Position numbers and translations under genes: made by a program
Source of the DNA: an uncultured Verrucomicrobiota bacterium
GTDB taxonomy: Bacteria; Verrucomicrobiota; Kiritimatiellia; RFP12; UBA1067
DNA length: 43,005 bases
Assembly: GCA_946631345.1 (NCBI GenBank)
Contig: CAMPAA010000001.1
Coordinates: 1 to 43,005, forward strand
Reading direction: 5' to 3'
The notes under the pieces: model-generated
Told to the model about the DNA's origin: nothing
The model's database searches: none
The model's input: only the letters and a program-made list of their open reading frames with translations
In this document: positions 18,090 to 27,019 of the stretch, piece by piece
How the letters are laid out: the number at the start of each line of letters is the position of its first letter
How positions within the stretch are numbered: the first letter of the stretch is position 1

Positions 18090-18151
18090 TCACAGATTTC
18101 AGCGACCGGCATGGTGCCGATTGCGACTACAAAAGGAAAAGGAACACTACC

Positions 18152-18538
18152 ATGAAGAAAATGAAGATGGGTTTTACCCTCGTTGAGATCATGATCGTGG
18201 TCGCGATTATCGCCATCCTGGCTGCGGTTGCGATCCCGAACTTCCTCAAATACCGCCGTTCGTCCCAGGCGACCGCCTGCGTGTCGAACCTCAAGCAGAT
18301 ACAGACGGCCAAGGAGCAGGTGCTCATGGCTGGAAAGACGCCCGATTCGTCCAACATCTATGGTGCGACGGCGCTCATCAAGGTCGAGCCGCATTGCCCG
18401 GCTGACAACACGATCAGCTACACGATTGGCGATGCGACCACCGATCCGACCTGCTCCTATTCGCAGACGGATGCCAACGACACCTCCACCTGGCACTCCC
18501 TCAACCGTGCCGCGACGTCTGGCGGCGAAGGCGGCTAA
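18152..18538 (+). CDS. Type IV pilin / pseudopilin (prepilin-type N-terminal methylation motif)
   Basis: MKKMKMGFTLVEIMIVVAIIAILAAVAIPNF is the classic G/FTLxE cleavage motif followed by a hydrophobic helix. RBS AAAAGGAAAAGGAA. The longer ORF from 17972 is rejected as an upstream extension. Confidence 0.85.
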   Translation: MKKMKMGFTLVEIMIVVAIIAILAAVAIPNFLKYRRSSQATACVSNLKQIQTAKEQVLMAGKTPDSSNIYGATALIKVEPHCPADNTISYTIGDATTDPTCSYSQTDANDTSTWHSLNRAATSGGEGG

Positions 18539-20574
18539 TGCTGTCCGTAGAGGGAAAGAAACGGCGCAACCTGCTCATCGTGGCAGGTTGCGTTGCTTTT
18601 ATTCAGGCTGCCTGCTATTATCTGGCCGGGGCGACGGTGCGCGGCGACGGCGCGATGGCGATAGCTCAGCCGGATACGCTCCTCTACTGCCAGGCCGCGC
18701 GCCGCATCGCGGAAGGTGCGCCGTTCTCGTATTCCGCCGGCACCGCCGCATCGACCGGCACCACGTCCGTCATCTATCCATTCATACTTGCCGTGCCGTA
18801 CTTTCTCGGCAGCAGGGGTGACGGACTTCTGACCGCCGGCTTTGCGCTAAACGCGGCGTTCTACCTTCTGTTCGTTCTGGGGTGGGGGGCGATTGCATGC
18901 CGCGCTTTTTCCGGCCGACCCGCCGCGCGCATCGTCTCGGTCGCGCTCCTTTCCACGTTCGGGCCTTTCGCGTACTGTTCGCTCGCCCAGAGCGACATCG
19001 GGCTATGGATGGCGGTGAGCGCATGGCTCGCGTATGGACTCTACACCGGGCGCATGGGGATTTACGCGCCGCTTCTCCTTCTATCTCCGTGGGTGAGACC
19101 TGAAGGGATGATCGTTGTATTTGCCTATGGTGCGTTATGCGCGCTCGACGCGTGGCGCAGGCGGCGTTTTGGCGCGGATGCCCTTGTCGCGCTGGCGGCG
19201 CTCTTGTCGGTTGCCGGAGTGTTCGCGCTGAACTTCGCGCTCACGGGTGCATGCCAGTTCTCGTCTGTCGCCAACAAGGGGCATTTCAGCAATCTCTCAT
19301 TCTCGTCGGCCGTCTACGCATCGGCAATCGACCTCATGCGCATAGTCAAGGCATATCTGCTCGGTATCCCTCAGAACGCTCCGCGCGACTTCTTTTTCCT
19401 TCCGCTTGTGGGGGCGGCGTTCATGTGGATCGGCATCTTCGCGCGTGGCTGGCGGAACGTCTCGTGGCGTGAGCTCGCGTGGTATATCGCGATGGCCGGC
19501 GGCGTTGCCACGGTTGCGACGAGCGGCTGGCAGAACACCAATCTCGACCGTTATCTCGTGTGGATAATGCCGGTTCTCATCTTTTACATGGCGTACGGGG
19601 CCGATTCCGTAGCCGCCAGGCTTGCGCCTGGCGCGGCGCGTATGCTCCCCGGCGCGGCGTTGGCCGGATTTTCGTTGGTGATGGCGGTTGTGTTCATCGG
19701 CATATTCCGCCATTCGTCCGCAGGGGCGGATGCGTCCCGCGCCTTTGCGGCGCGCTGCGAGGCCGAAATGCCGGAAGGGGCGTCAGTGGGCACATGGGGC
19801 GATTCGGGGATTGCCTATGCGCTCTCGAACCGCCGCCTTGCGCACCTGTCGGGCATCTACAGTCCGGAATTCATGGGGCCTCATCTTGCGGCGAAGATCG
19901 AGACGCTCAAGAACGAGCCAGGCGTGCGTTTCGGCTACTGGTTCTGCAAGGCTTCAGACCGCGACTCGATATACTGCGGCAAGCCCGATGTCATGGCCGG
20001 CGAGGTTGTGCTTGCGGGATTTCCAGGATTCGAGCTGCGCAGGGCTGACTGGAGAGCTTACGATGCCGCGCTTGTGCCATATTGCCAATCGCCGTCCGCC
20101 AGCCGCCGGCTGGTAGCGAGAGTGGATGTCGCATACGTCAGGGACGAGCTGGCTTGCGGCTACGAAGCGCTGACGAAGGATGACCATCCGCTCTTTTCGC
20201 CGATACACGCCGTAGGTTCGCTGAACGGCACGAACATCGTCGAGGGTGGGCGATTCCTTCTCGGCGGCGATGCGATGACGCTGCCGCTTGAGCCGGGCCG
20301 CGACGTGCATGTGGTCATGCGCACGACGCTGAAGTGCACCGCCGCCGTCAACACCGAGCTTGGCTGTCCCCGCAGCGACTTTACGCTGAAAAGCCCGATG
20401 CGTCTACGCGTGCTGGTTGACGGCGAGGATGCCGGCGAAGTGTCGTTTGCGGTGGCGGAAGGCGATTTCGCCGATGCATCGTTTGCGGTGCCCGGGCGGT
20501 TCATCAGGCGCTCCCCAGCGAGGATTTCGTTCCTTGGCGAACACGCGGCTTTCGCCTACTGGTTCTATCAATGA
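18538..20574 (+). CDS. Large polytopic membrane protein, GT-C-like (ArnT/PMT-type glycosyltransferase-like), with a periplasmic C-terminal domain
   Basis: The start overlaps the pilin stop (TAATG). About 12 hydrophobic segments fall in the first ~400 aa. The first loop QPDTLLYCQAARRIAEG resembles the D-x-x-x-Y...A motif of GT-C enzymes. The last ~270 aa look soluble. Confidence 0.45.
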   Translation: MLSVEGKKRRNLLIVAGCVAFIQAACYYLAGATVRGDGAMAIAQPDTLLYCQAARRIAEGAPFSYSAGTAASTGTTSVIYPFILAVPYFLGSRGDGLLTAGFALNAAFYLLFVLGWGAIACRAFSGRPAARIVSVALLSTFGPFAYCSLAQSDIGLWMAVSAWLAYGLYTGRMGIYAPLLLLSPWVRPEGMIVVFAYGALCALDAWRRRRFGADALVALAALLSVAGVFALNFALTGACQFSSVANKGHFSNLSFSSAVYASAIDLMRIVKAYLLGIPQNAPRDFFFLPLVGAAFMWIGIFARGWRNVSWRELAWYIAMAGGVATVATSGWQNTNLDRYLVWIMPVLIFYMAYGADSVAARLAPGAARMLPGAALAGFSLVMAVVFIGIFRHSSAGADASRAFAARCEAEMPEGASVGTWGDSGIAYALSNRRLAHLSGIYSPEFMGPHLAAKIETLKNEPGVRFGYWFCKASDRDSIYCGKPDVMAGEVVLAGFPGFELRRADWRAYDAALVPYCQSPSASRRLVARVDVAYVRDELACGYEALTKDDHPLFSPIHAVGSLNGTNIVEGGRFLLGGDAMTLPLEPGRDVHVVMRTTLKCTAAVNTELGCPRSDFTLKSPMRLRVLVDGEDAGEVSFAVAEGDFADASFAVPGRFIRRSPARISFLGEHAAFAYWFYQ

Positions 20575-20582
20575 GCATTTAA

Positions 20583-20591
20583 TGGTATAAT
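20583..20591 (+). promoter_or_regulatory. Extended -10 promoter element (TGGTATAAT), 7 nt upstream of ATG 20599
   Basis: Located directly after stop 20574. The track's ORF start at 20590 lies inside the -10 box, so ATG 20599 is preferred. Confidence 0.5.
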
Positions 20592-20598
20592 GCGGCCT

Positions 20599-21327
20599 AT
20601 GGATGAAGTGATGAGAATCGAGCACGTGTCGCGCAGTTTCGGCGGCGTATCCGCCGTTGCGGACCTTACGCTTGCGCTTGGACGCGGCGAGATCATGGGG
20701 TTCCTCGGTGCGAACGGGGCTGGCAAGACGACTACGATCAAGATGATTATCGGCCTGGTGCGGCCAAGCTCGGGGTGCATCTCGGTTTTGGGCGGCGATC
20801 CGGCGGATTCCGCGGTAAGGGCGAAGATCGGGTACATGCCGGAGATCGCCTACTACTATCCATACCTCAATGCGCGCGAGTTGCTGTCGTTCTACGGCGG
20901 ACTGTGCGGAATGGATGGGCGGACGGTGCGTGCGCGCGCAGGCGAACTGCTCGAAACCGTGGGTCTTGCCGATGCCGCAAAGCGTCCGCTCAAAACATAT
21001 TCGAAAGGGATGCTTCAGCGCGCAGGAATCGCGCAGGCGCTTCTCAACGACCCAGACCTTCTTGTGCTGGACGAGCCGTTCACCGGACTCGATCCCCTCG
21101 CCCGCATCCATTTCCGGGACCTGATGCGCAGACTGCGCGAACAGGGGAAGACCATATTCTTCTCGTCGCATGAGCTTGGCGAAACGGAGCTTCTCTGCGA
21201 CACTGTCGCCATCATGAAGGGTGGACGGGCCGTCTATCAGGGGCCGGTGCGTCAGCTCGCAGGGAACGGCGAAAGGAATCTTGAGCGTCTGTTCCTTGAC
21301 GTGCTCTCGAAGGGAGGCGCTGCATGA
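20599..21327 (+). CDS. ABC transporter ATP-binding protein (ABC-2 exporter type)
   Basis: Walker A GANGAGKTT, signature-like YSKGMLQR, and Walker B LLVLDEPFTGLD. The H-loop region is SSHEL. Confidence 0.9.
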   Translation: MDEVMRIEHVSRSFGGVSAVADLTLALGRGEIMGFLGANGAGKTTTIKMIIGLVRPSSGCISVLGGDPADSAVRAKIGYMPEIAYYYPYLNARELLSFYGGLCGMDGRTVRARAGELLETVGLADAAKRPLKTYSKGMLQRAGIAQALLNDPDLLVLDEPFTGLDPLARIHFRDLMRRLREQGKTIFFSSHELGETELLCDTVAIMKGGRAVYQGPVRQLAGNGERNLERLFLDVLSKGGAA

Positions 21328-22103
21328 AAACCCTTATCCGGCAGATTAAAGCGCTTGTCAGGCTCTCTTTCATGGAGCTGTGGCGGCGGAACGACGTGCT
21401 GGCGCTTGTGATTCTCGCGCTTGCGCTGATGGTGCCGCTGTCGCTCTCGTCTCCGTTTGGCGCGGCAGGCGCATCCAGGTACCTTGATGAGGCGGCGCTC
21501 CTGCTGATATGGGCCTTTTCGCTGTTCATCTCTCTCGGCACCGGCGCGCGCCTGTTCCCGCCGGAGTTCGAGAGCCGAACGATCTATCCGCTCCTCGCCA
21601 AGCCAATATCGCGCGGCGCGCTGCTGGCGGGCAAGTACCTTGGCGCTGTAGCGGCCTCCGCCTCGGCTCTCGCGATATTCTATCTGCTTTTCGTGGGATG
21701 CAGCCTGTTGCGCGGCGGTTCGCTTTCCATGGAGGTCTTGCAGGGCTTTGTGTTCCATCTGGCGTTTGTCGCGCTGGCTGTGGCTCTGGCTCTGGCCGGT
21801 TCTCTCGTTGTCACTCCGTCTGCCAACCTTACGCTTTCCGCGACTGCGCTTACGGCGATGTTCTTTTTCGGGCGGCGACTTCCGGACTATGCGGACGCCG
21901 TGTCTGCGCCGCTTTCGTGGCTTGTGCGCCTGGCATATGCGCTCGGTCCTCATGTTGAGTTCTTCGACATGCGCCAGAGGCTCATTCACGGTTGGGGTGG
22001 GGTGGACGCGGTCGTCTTTGCCGCAGTCCTGGCGTATGCGGTGGCGTACGCTGGCGTTTGCCTCGTGTTCGCATGGCTCATCCTAAAGCGGAAGCGGTTT
22101 TGA
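21324..22103 (+). CDS. ABC-2 family transporter permease
   Basis: ATGA overlap with the ATPase gene. About 6 hydrophobic segments in 259 aa. Confidence 0.7.
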   Translation: MKTLIRQIKALVRLSFMELWRRNDVLALVILALALMVPLSLSSPFGAAGASRYLDEAALLLIWAFSLFISLGTGARLFPPEFESRTIYPLLAKPISRGALLAGKYLGAVAASASALAIFYLLFVGCSLLRGGSLSMEVLQGFVFHLAFVALAVALALAGSLVVTPSANLTLSATALTAMFFFGRRLPDYADAVSAPLSWLVRLAYALGPHVEFFDMRQRLIHGWGGVDAVVFAAVLAYAVAYAGVCLVFAWLILKRKRF

Positions 22104-22915
22104 TGCGCTACCTTGTTCCATGCCTCGCCCTTGCTGTTATGATGGCGTTCGCCATTGCGCGTTTCGCGCCGGAGCGCATGCCGCAGATGGTTCAGGGCGA
22201 TGATGCGCTCTCCGTTGCGTTCGCCGACGCGAAAGCTGTCCTCAGCGCGGCAATGGTACAGAAGGCCGACAGCTACTTCCATGGCGGCATTGACATGGAG
22301 TGCTCCCGGTGGAAGGGTGCGCGTGACCACGAAGGGCATGAGGAGCATGACGGACACTGCGAACATCATCACGGCGGCGAACCTTCCGCCCCCGCCGATC
22401 CGTGGCTGTGGATAAACCGAAGGGTGCGTGCGCCGGAAAGGCATGTGCATCTCGACGGAAAGAAGTCGGTGGAGCTGTTGCCGTGGTTCTGGGCTTCGGT
22501 CAAGGCGGATCCTCACAACATCGACGCATGGACTACGGCATGGTACGTCGCGAACAACGAGATGAAGGATCGTGACCTTGCGCGCCAGATACTTGACGAG
22601 GCCAAGGCGAAGAACCCGGAAAGCCTTGAGATCGCCTGGACGGAGGCGCGGTTTGTCTATGCCGGTGGAAAGGGGGACGTCGCGGAGGCCGAGCGGCTCC
22701 TTGAGGCGGCGCGGAGCATGGGCAAGAGGAAGTGCGGAGGAGACCTTTCGGCGCTTTCTCCGCACGAGGCCGAGGCTTTCTGCGGAATTCTCGACTACCT
22801 CTCGAAAATATACGAAGGGCGGGGCATGAAGGATGCCATACGTCCTCTCATCGACGAAGTGCGCGCCACCGGCACCGATTCCCCAGTCGCGGCGTGGATG
22901 CTCGACCGCTTGTAG
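22103..22915 (+). CDS. Membrane-anchored His-rich protein with a TPR-like helical C-terminus
   Basis: The start overlaps the permease stop (TGATG). N-terminal TM segment, a histidine cluster RDHEGHEEHDGHCEHHHGGE, then helical repeats. Confidence 0.55.
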   Translation: MRYLVPCLALAVMMAFAIARFAPERMPQMVQGDDALSVAFADAKAVLSAAMVQKADSYFHGGIDMECSRWKGARDHEGHEEHDGHCEHHHGGEPSAPADPWLWINRRVRAPERHVHLDGKKSVELLPWFWASVKADPHNIDAWTTAWYVANNEMKDRDLARQILDEAKAKNPESLEIAWTEARFVYAGGKGDVAEAERLLEAARSMGKRKCGGDLSALSPHEAEAFCGILDYLSKIYEGRGMKDAIRPLIDEVRATGTDSPVAAWMLDRL

Positions 22916-22972
22916 CATTTTCGCATTGCGTCGCGCGCTTGCGTTGGGGCAATGCGCCCTGCCATGCGGCCT

Positions 22973-23006
22973 GGGCGGATAGCTCTTAGAACGCCGCCCG
23001 CTTTTT
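22973..23006 (+). terminator. Possible rho-independent terminator
   Basis: GGGCGG (22973-22978) pairs with CCGCCC (22994-22999) and is followed by GCTTTTT. The loop is long (15 nt), so this is moderate at best. Confidence 0.4.
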
Positions 23007-23030
23007 GATGCGCGCGTTAGGCAGGGAGTG

Positions 23031-23039
23031 TGCTATAAT
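23031..23039 (+). promoter_or_regulatory. Extended -10 promoter element (TGCTATAAT)
   Basis: Intergenic, about 30 nt upstream of ATG 23070, with an AGGAAA RBS-like stretch at 23051-23056. Confidence 0.45.
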
Positions 23040-23069
23040 TCGCGGCATACAGGAAATGGATTAGAGTTT

Positions 23070-23690
23070 ATGAAGATGTTGTCAAGGCAGATCATCCCCG
23101 TCGGCACATATGCCGCAAACTGCATCGTCGTCTGGAATGACGATGGATGTCTCATAGTCGATCCGGGACAGGACGCGGCCGATATTCTTGCGTTCCTGAC
23201 CGAGCGTGCGCTCACGCCAAAGGCGATCCTGCTCACGCACGGCCACTTCGACCACATCGGCGGCATACCCGGCATCATTGCGAAGTTCCCTGGGCTGCCG
23301 GTGTATGCGCATCCGTCAGACGCTCCGATGTTCGGACATCCGATGAACCAGTATCCGCCCGACTATCCGCCTATCGGAAAGCCGCCGTCTCTCCTTGACA
23401 TCCGCGATGCGGCGAACGAGTTTCCGGGTCTTGAATTTGAGGTGCTGGAGACGCCCGGTCATACGCCCGGCAGCGTGTGTCTCAAGTTCGGTTCCCTGCT
23501 GCTCTCAGGAGATACGCTTTTCGCCGGTTCATGCGGACGCACGGATTTTCCCGGCGGCAGTATGGCCGCCATGCGTCGTTCTCTCGCCACCCTCGCCGAG
23601 TTGCCGCCCGAGACGGAGGTTGTGCCAGGCCATGGTGCCTCCACCACCATCGGTCAGGAGGTCGCAACCAATCCGTTCATGGAAAAATGA
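23070..23690 (+). CDS. MBL-fold metallo-hydrolase (hydroxyacylglutathione hydrolase-like)
   Basis: HxHxDH motif LLTHGHFDHIGG, plus downstream TPGHTPGS and GDTLF...GR.D motifs. Confidence 0.85.
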   Translation: MKMLSRQIIPVGTYAANCIVVWNDDGCLIVDPGQDAADILAFLTERALTPKAILLTHGHFDHIGGIPGIIAKFPGLPVYAHPSDAPMFGHPMNQYPPDYPPIGKPPSLLDIRDAANEFPGLEFEVLETPGHTPGSVCLKFGSLLLSGDTLFAGSCGRTDFPGGSMAAMRRSLATLAELPPETEVVPGHGASTTIGQEVATNPFMEK

Positions 23691-24439
23691 ACGGTTCCGC
23701 GACATTCAGTGCGCCGTCTGTATTCAGGCGCGCGTTTTCCGATTCGATTCCCGTCATGGCCGGATACGGCACGATGGGATTTGCGGCAGGCGTGCTGCTG
23801 TCCGTTCATGGCGGCATAGCCAACTCGGCGTTTTGGGCGGCGGTGTCTAGCGCGACATTCATATCGGGGCCACTCCAGTACCTGTTCGTCGATTGGGTGC
23901 GGTCGTCGCTTGCGCTTGGCGGCGTTCTGTTCGTCGTGCTCTGCGTGAACCTGCGCTACTCACTGTATGGGCTGTCCCTGCTGGAGACGTTCAGGGGTAC
24001 GCGTCTTTGGACTCGCCTGTACCTGATCGCCGGCATCACGGATGAGACGTATGCGCTTGAGGTGGCGTGTCGGTTGCGACCTCCGGAGAAGCAGCGCTAC
24101 TGCCTCTATCTTACGGCTCTGGACCACCTGTACTGGGTGGTGGGCGTCACGGCGGGCGCGTTTGTGGGCTCCGCCCTGCCATTTCCGTCCGACGGAATCG
24201 GCTTTGCGATGACCGCGCTTTTCCTGGTGATTCTGACCGACCAGTGCCGTGAATGCGCAAACCGGATCCCGGCAGTCGTTGGCGGTGCAGCGGCGGTTGC
24301 CGTCTTCGTCGCGCTGGCGGCGTTTCTCGGCGCGGCAAAAGCGCGAGCCGAGATGCTGATTCCTACGATGGCGCTGCTTGTGGCGGCCCTTCTTCTGCTG
24401 CGCGGACGCATCGAGCGGCCCGGAAGGGAGGCTGAATGA
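23687..24439 (+). CDS. azlC: AzlC family branched-chain amino acid exporter subunit
   Basis: ATGA overlap with the upstream gene. Polytopic ~250-aa protein with an N-terminus typical of AzlC (FRRAFSDSIPVMAGYGTMGFAAGVL). It is followed by an AzlD-like gene. Confidence 0.7.
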   Translation: MNGSATFSAPSVFRRAFSDSIPVMAGYGTMGFAAGVLLSVHGGIANSAFWAAVSSATFISGPLQYLFVDWVRSSLALGGVLFVVLCVNLRYSLYGLSLLETFRGTRLWTRLYLIAGITDETYALEVACRLRPPEKQRYCLYLTALDHLYWVVGVTAGAFVGSALPFPSDGIGFAMTALFLVILTDQCRECANRIPAVVGGAAAVAVFVALAAFLGAAKARAEMLIPTMALLVAALLLLRGRIERPGREAE

Positions 24440-24780
24440 CGGATTCCAAGACGCTCTATCTCGTCGCAGTGGTGGTTTTCGTCGGAGCGCTCTCATGGCT
24501 TATCAGGGCCTTGCCGTTCCTGATCTTCGGCGGACGCGGCGAACCACCGAAGATCGTGTCCTACATCGGTCGTGTGCTTTCGCCTGCGGCGATAGCCGTG
24601 CTGGTCATCTATTGCTATGCTGGCTACGTGAGCGAGCGACCGCCCCGGGAGCATCTTGGGATGCTTGCGGAGGTCGTTGCGGGTGTGGCGACCGTTGCGC
24701 TCCATTGGCGGTGGAGGGTTCCAATGCTCTCCATCTCCGTTGGGACGACGCTGTACATGATCCTTGTGAGACTGTTCTGA
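24436..24780 (+). CDS. azlD: AzlD family branched-chain amino acid transport protein
   Basis: ATGA overlap with azlC. A 114-aa, ~4-TM protein containing LIRALPFLIF. Confidence 0.65.
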   Translation: MTDSKTLYLVAVVVFVGALSWLIRALPFLIFGGRGEPPKIVSYIGRVLSPAAIAVLVIYCYAGYVSERPPREHLGMLAEVVAGVATVALHWRWRVPMLSISVGTTLYMILVRLF

Positions 24781-24782
24781 CG

Positions 24783-25412
24783 ATGAGCAAGAAACGCTAT
24801 CCTCCGAGAGTGCCACGGCACGGGAACGGTTTCCGCGCCCAGAGCCTGCGCGCGCTTCCAAGAGGCGCATGGTGGGTGAAGCGTTGGCTGCAGGCGATCG
24901 AGGAGATGCGCCTGGGAGCGCGCGCGGGGCGCGGCAGGGTGTATGCCGAACAGGGGCAGGTGACCATGCTTGAGGTTGACGGGGGGCATGTCGAGGCCAA
25001 GGTGCTCGGCGCGCGCCCGGAACCGTACACCGTGAAGATCGACTTTGAGCAGTTCACACCACCAGATGACGGAGGGCTTGATCTGATGTCAATGGGAAGG
25101 ATTCTTGCCGGCGAGATGCCGTCGAGCCTGGAGGAGATGTTTTCGAAGGCCGGCCGCTCTCCGTATCCGACACCAGGCGCGGATCGGTTCTGGTGCAGCT
25201 GCCCCGACTGGTCCAAGCCATGCAAGCACATAGCCGCCGTGCTGTATCAGCTTGGGGACGTGCTCGTCCGCGAGCCTGCGCTGCTTCTGCGGTTGCGCGG
25301 ACTGCCGCTTCCGGAAGGGGCGATTGCCTCTGCGCTGCCGCTATGGAAGGGTGAAACGAGGCTTGACGATGCGCTCGGGAAAATATACCGGCGCACCGGA
25401 TTTGGCGGTTAG
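24783..25412 (+). CDS. SWIM zinc-finger protein
   Basis: CxCxnCxH signature FWCSCPDWSKPCKHIAAVLY. The start is at ATG 24783, 2 nt after the azlD stop. Confidence 0.75.
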   Translation: MSKKRYPPRVPRHGNGFRAQSLRALPRGAWWVKRWLQAIEEMRLGARAGRGRVYAEQGQVTMLEVDGGHVEAKVLGARPEPYTVKIDFEQFTPPDDGGLDLMSMGRILAGEMPSSLEEMFSKAGRSPYPTPGADRFWCSCPDWSKPCKHIAAVLYQLGDVLVREPALLLRLRGLPLPEGAIASALPLWKGETRLDDALGKIYRRTGFGG

Positions 25413-25446
25413 GGTAGACGCGGGCAGAACATAGGAGGATGGCAAC

Positions 25447-26997
25447 ATGGCAAAGCGGATCATCATGACTGGGTGGGGCAGACCGGATTACGCGCCTGCG
25501 GCGGCGATGATGCTTCGATGTGCGTTCAAGTGCATGGCGGAGGTGGAGGGAGTGTCGCAGCGGGGGCTTCCTGCCGCCCTGAGGAGATGCGAGACGACAT
25601 GCGCGGAGGTGTACGTGCTCGGCGTTGGGTTGGGGTACGCGCCGAAGGAAACGTCCGCCGAACTTGCCAGGCTCAGGTCTGTTGGCGTAAAGGTCTGGTG
25701 GATCAGCGCATGCGCGATTCCGCAGGAGTTTGCGGTGGACTTCGCCACGCGGGATGGCGGTTCGGTGTTTGACCGGGTGGTGGTTTCGCATGGCGACTTG
25801 TTCGCCGCCGTGCGGATGGCGTTCCCGCGCCATGTTTCGGCGCATGACGTGGCGGCCTTCCGGCGCTATGCGGCGGGCGATGCGAGGGCTGGATCCGAAG
25901 AGGCGCTTTACCGCAGGCTCTTTGCGGCCGCCGACTGGAAGCACAAGAACGACCGTGAAATGGGCTACTACCCGCAGGCGATATTCAGCCTCGCAAGCGG
26001 GGTGGAGTACGCCAACATCGCATCGGGACTCGCCGCCATCGTCACCTACTGCGACAAGTGGGGCGGGCGCGTGCTCAACGGTACCAGCACTCACATGGCC
26101 GAGGTGCGCCGTCTGGCGGATTTGGCCGCCAAATGCGACGACCCTGAGGCGCGCGTGCTCATTACCGGCCCGAGCGGCACCGGCAAGGAGACGGTGGCGC
26201 AGATGATTCACAGGAAGTCTGCCAGGGCAGACGGCGCATTCCTCTCCTTCAACTGCGCGTGCACAACGGCAAGCCTCTTCGAAAGCAAGCTGTTCGGAAG
26301 CGTGAGAGGGGCGTATACCGATTCGCGAGACGCCCCAGGACTTTTCGAGGCCGCCGCGGATGGCACGCTGTTCCTCGACGAGGTCGCGGAGCTGGATCTC
26401 GAGATGCAAGGGCAGCTGCTGCGTGTGCTTCAGGACGGCGACTACCTCAAAGTCGGCGAATCGCTGCCCCGCAAGGTCCAGAACGTGCGCGTGATCACCG
26501 CGACCAACAAGGATCTTGTGCAGCTCGTCAACGAAGGGCGTTTCCGCGAGGATCTCTACTATCGCCTGAACGTGCTCCAGATACGCATGAAGGCTCTGGC
26601 CGAACGGCCGGAAGACATTCCGGAGATAGCGCAGGCGATATGGTATCGCGAGACGGGAGCCATGTTGAGCGCCGAACAGCGAGAGGCTCTCATGCAGTAT
26701 GACTTTCCGGGAAACGCGCGCGAGCTTGAGAACATGCTGCTGCTGGCGCGGATTGTGAAGCAGTCGGATTTCACCGAGTTGGTCGAAAGCTGGCGGCGCA
26801 ACAATCGCGGTCTTCACCGTCTGCCGGCGGAGGAGCCGCCGGACGACGTGGAATCCCTGGACATTGTAATCGCCCGACATGTGCGCAAGATCGCCGAGCG
26901 CTACCGGGGCCACTCGATGCGGGAGATCGCGAACCGTCTCGGCCGCGCGGAGAACACCGTGCGAGGGTGGCTTAAATACGCGGAAGAGGACCGTTGA
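25447..26997 (+). CDS. AAA+ enhancer-binding-protein-like transcriptional regulator with an unrecognised N-terminal domain and a divergent GAFTGA loop
   Basis: AGGAGG RBS. GPSGTGKE, ESKLFG, LFLDEVAEL and RVITATN...FREDLYYRL are present, but the L1 loop reads GAYTDS. A C-terminal HTH is present (MREIANRLGRAENTVRGWL). I do not recognise the first ~230 aa. Confidence 0.75.
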   Translation: MAKRIIMTGWGRPDYAPAAAMMLRCAFKCMAEVEGVSQRGLPAALRRCETTCAEVYVLGVGLGYAPKETSAELARLRSVGVKVWWISACAIPQEFAVDFATRDGGSVFDRVVVSHGDLFAAVRMAFPRHVSAHDVAAFRRYAAGDARAGSEEALYRRLFAAADWKHKNDREMGYYPQAIFSLASGVEYANIASGLAAIVTYCDKWGGRVLNGTSTHMAEVRRLADLAAKCDDPEARVLITGPSGTGKETVAQMIHRKSARADGAFLSFNCACTTASLFESKLFGSVRGAYTDSRDAPGLFEAAADGTLFLDEVAELDLEMQGQLLRVLQDGDYLKVGESLPRKVQNVRVITATNKDLVQLVNEGRFREDLYYRLNVLQIRMKALAERPEDIPEIAQAIWYRETGAMLSAEQREALMQYDFPGNARELENMLLLARIVKQSDFTELVESWRRNNRGLHRLPAEEPPDDVESLDIVIARHVRKIAERYRGHSMREIANRLGRAENTVRGWLKYAEEDR

Positions 26998-27019
26998 GAT
27001 GGCCGAAGGAGGAAGTGCC

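Noticed and set aside
18112-18124. Second TGG...GC element (TGGTGCCGATTGC) between the sigma-54 promoter and the pilin ATG
   Set aside because: The GG-to-GC spacing is 2 nt shorter than the sigma-54 consensus. The upstream element at 18074-18089 fits exactly.
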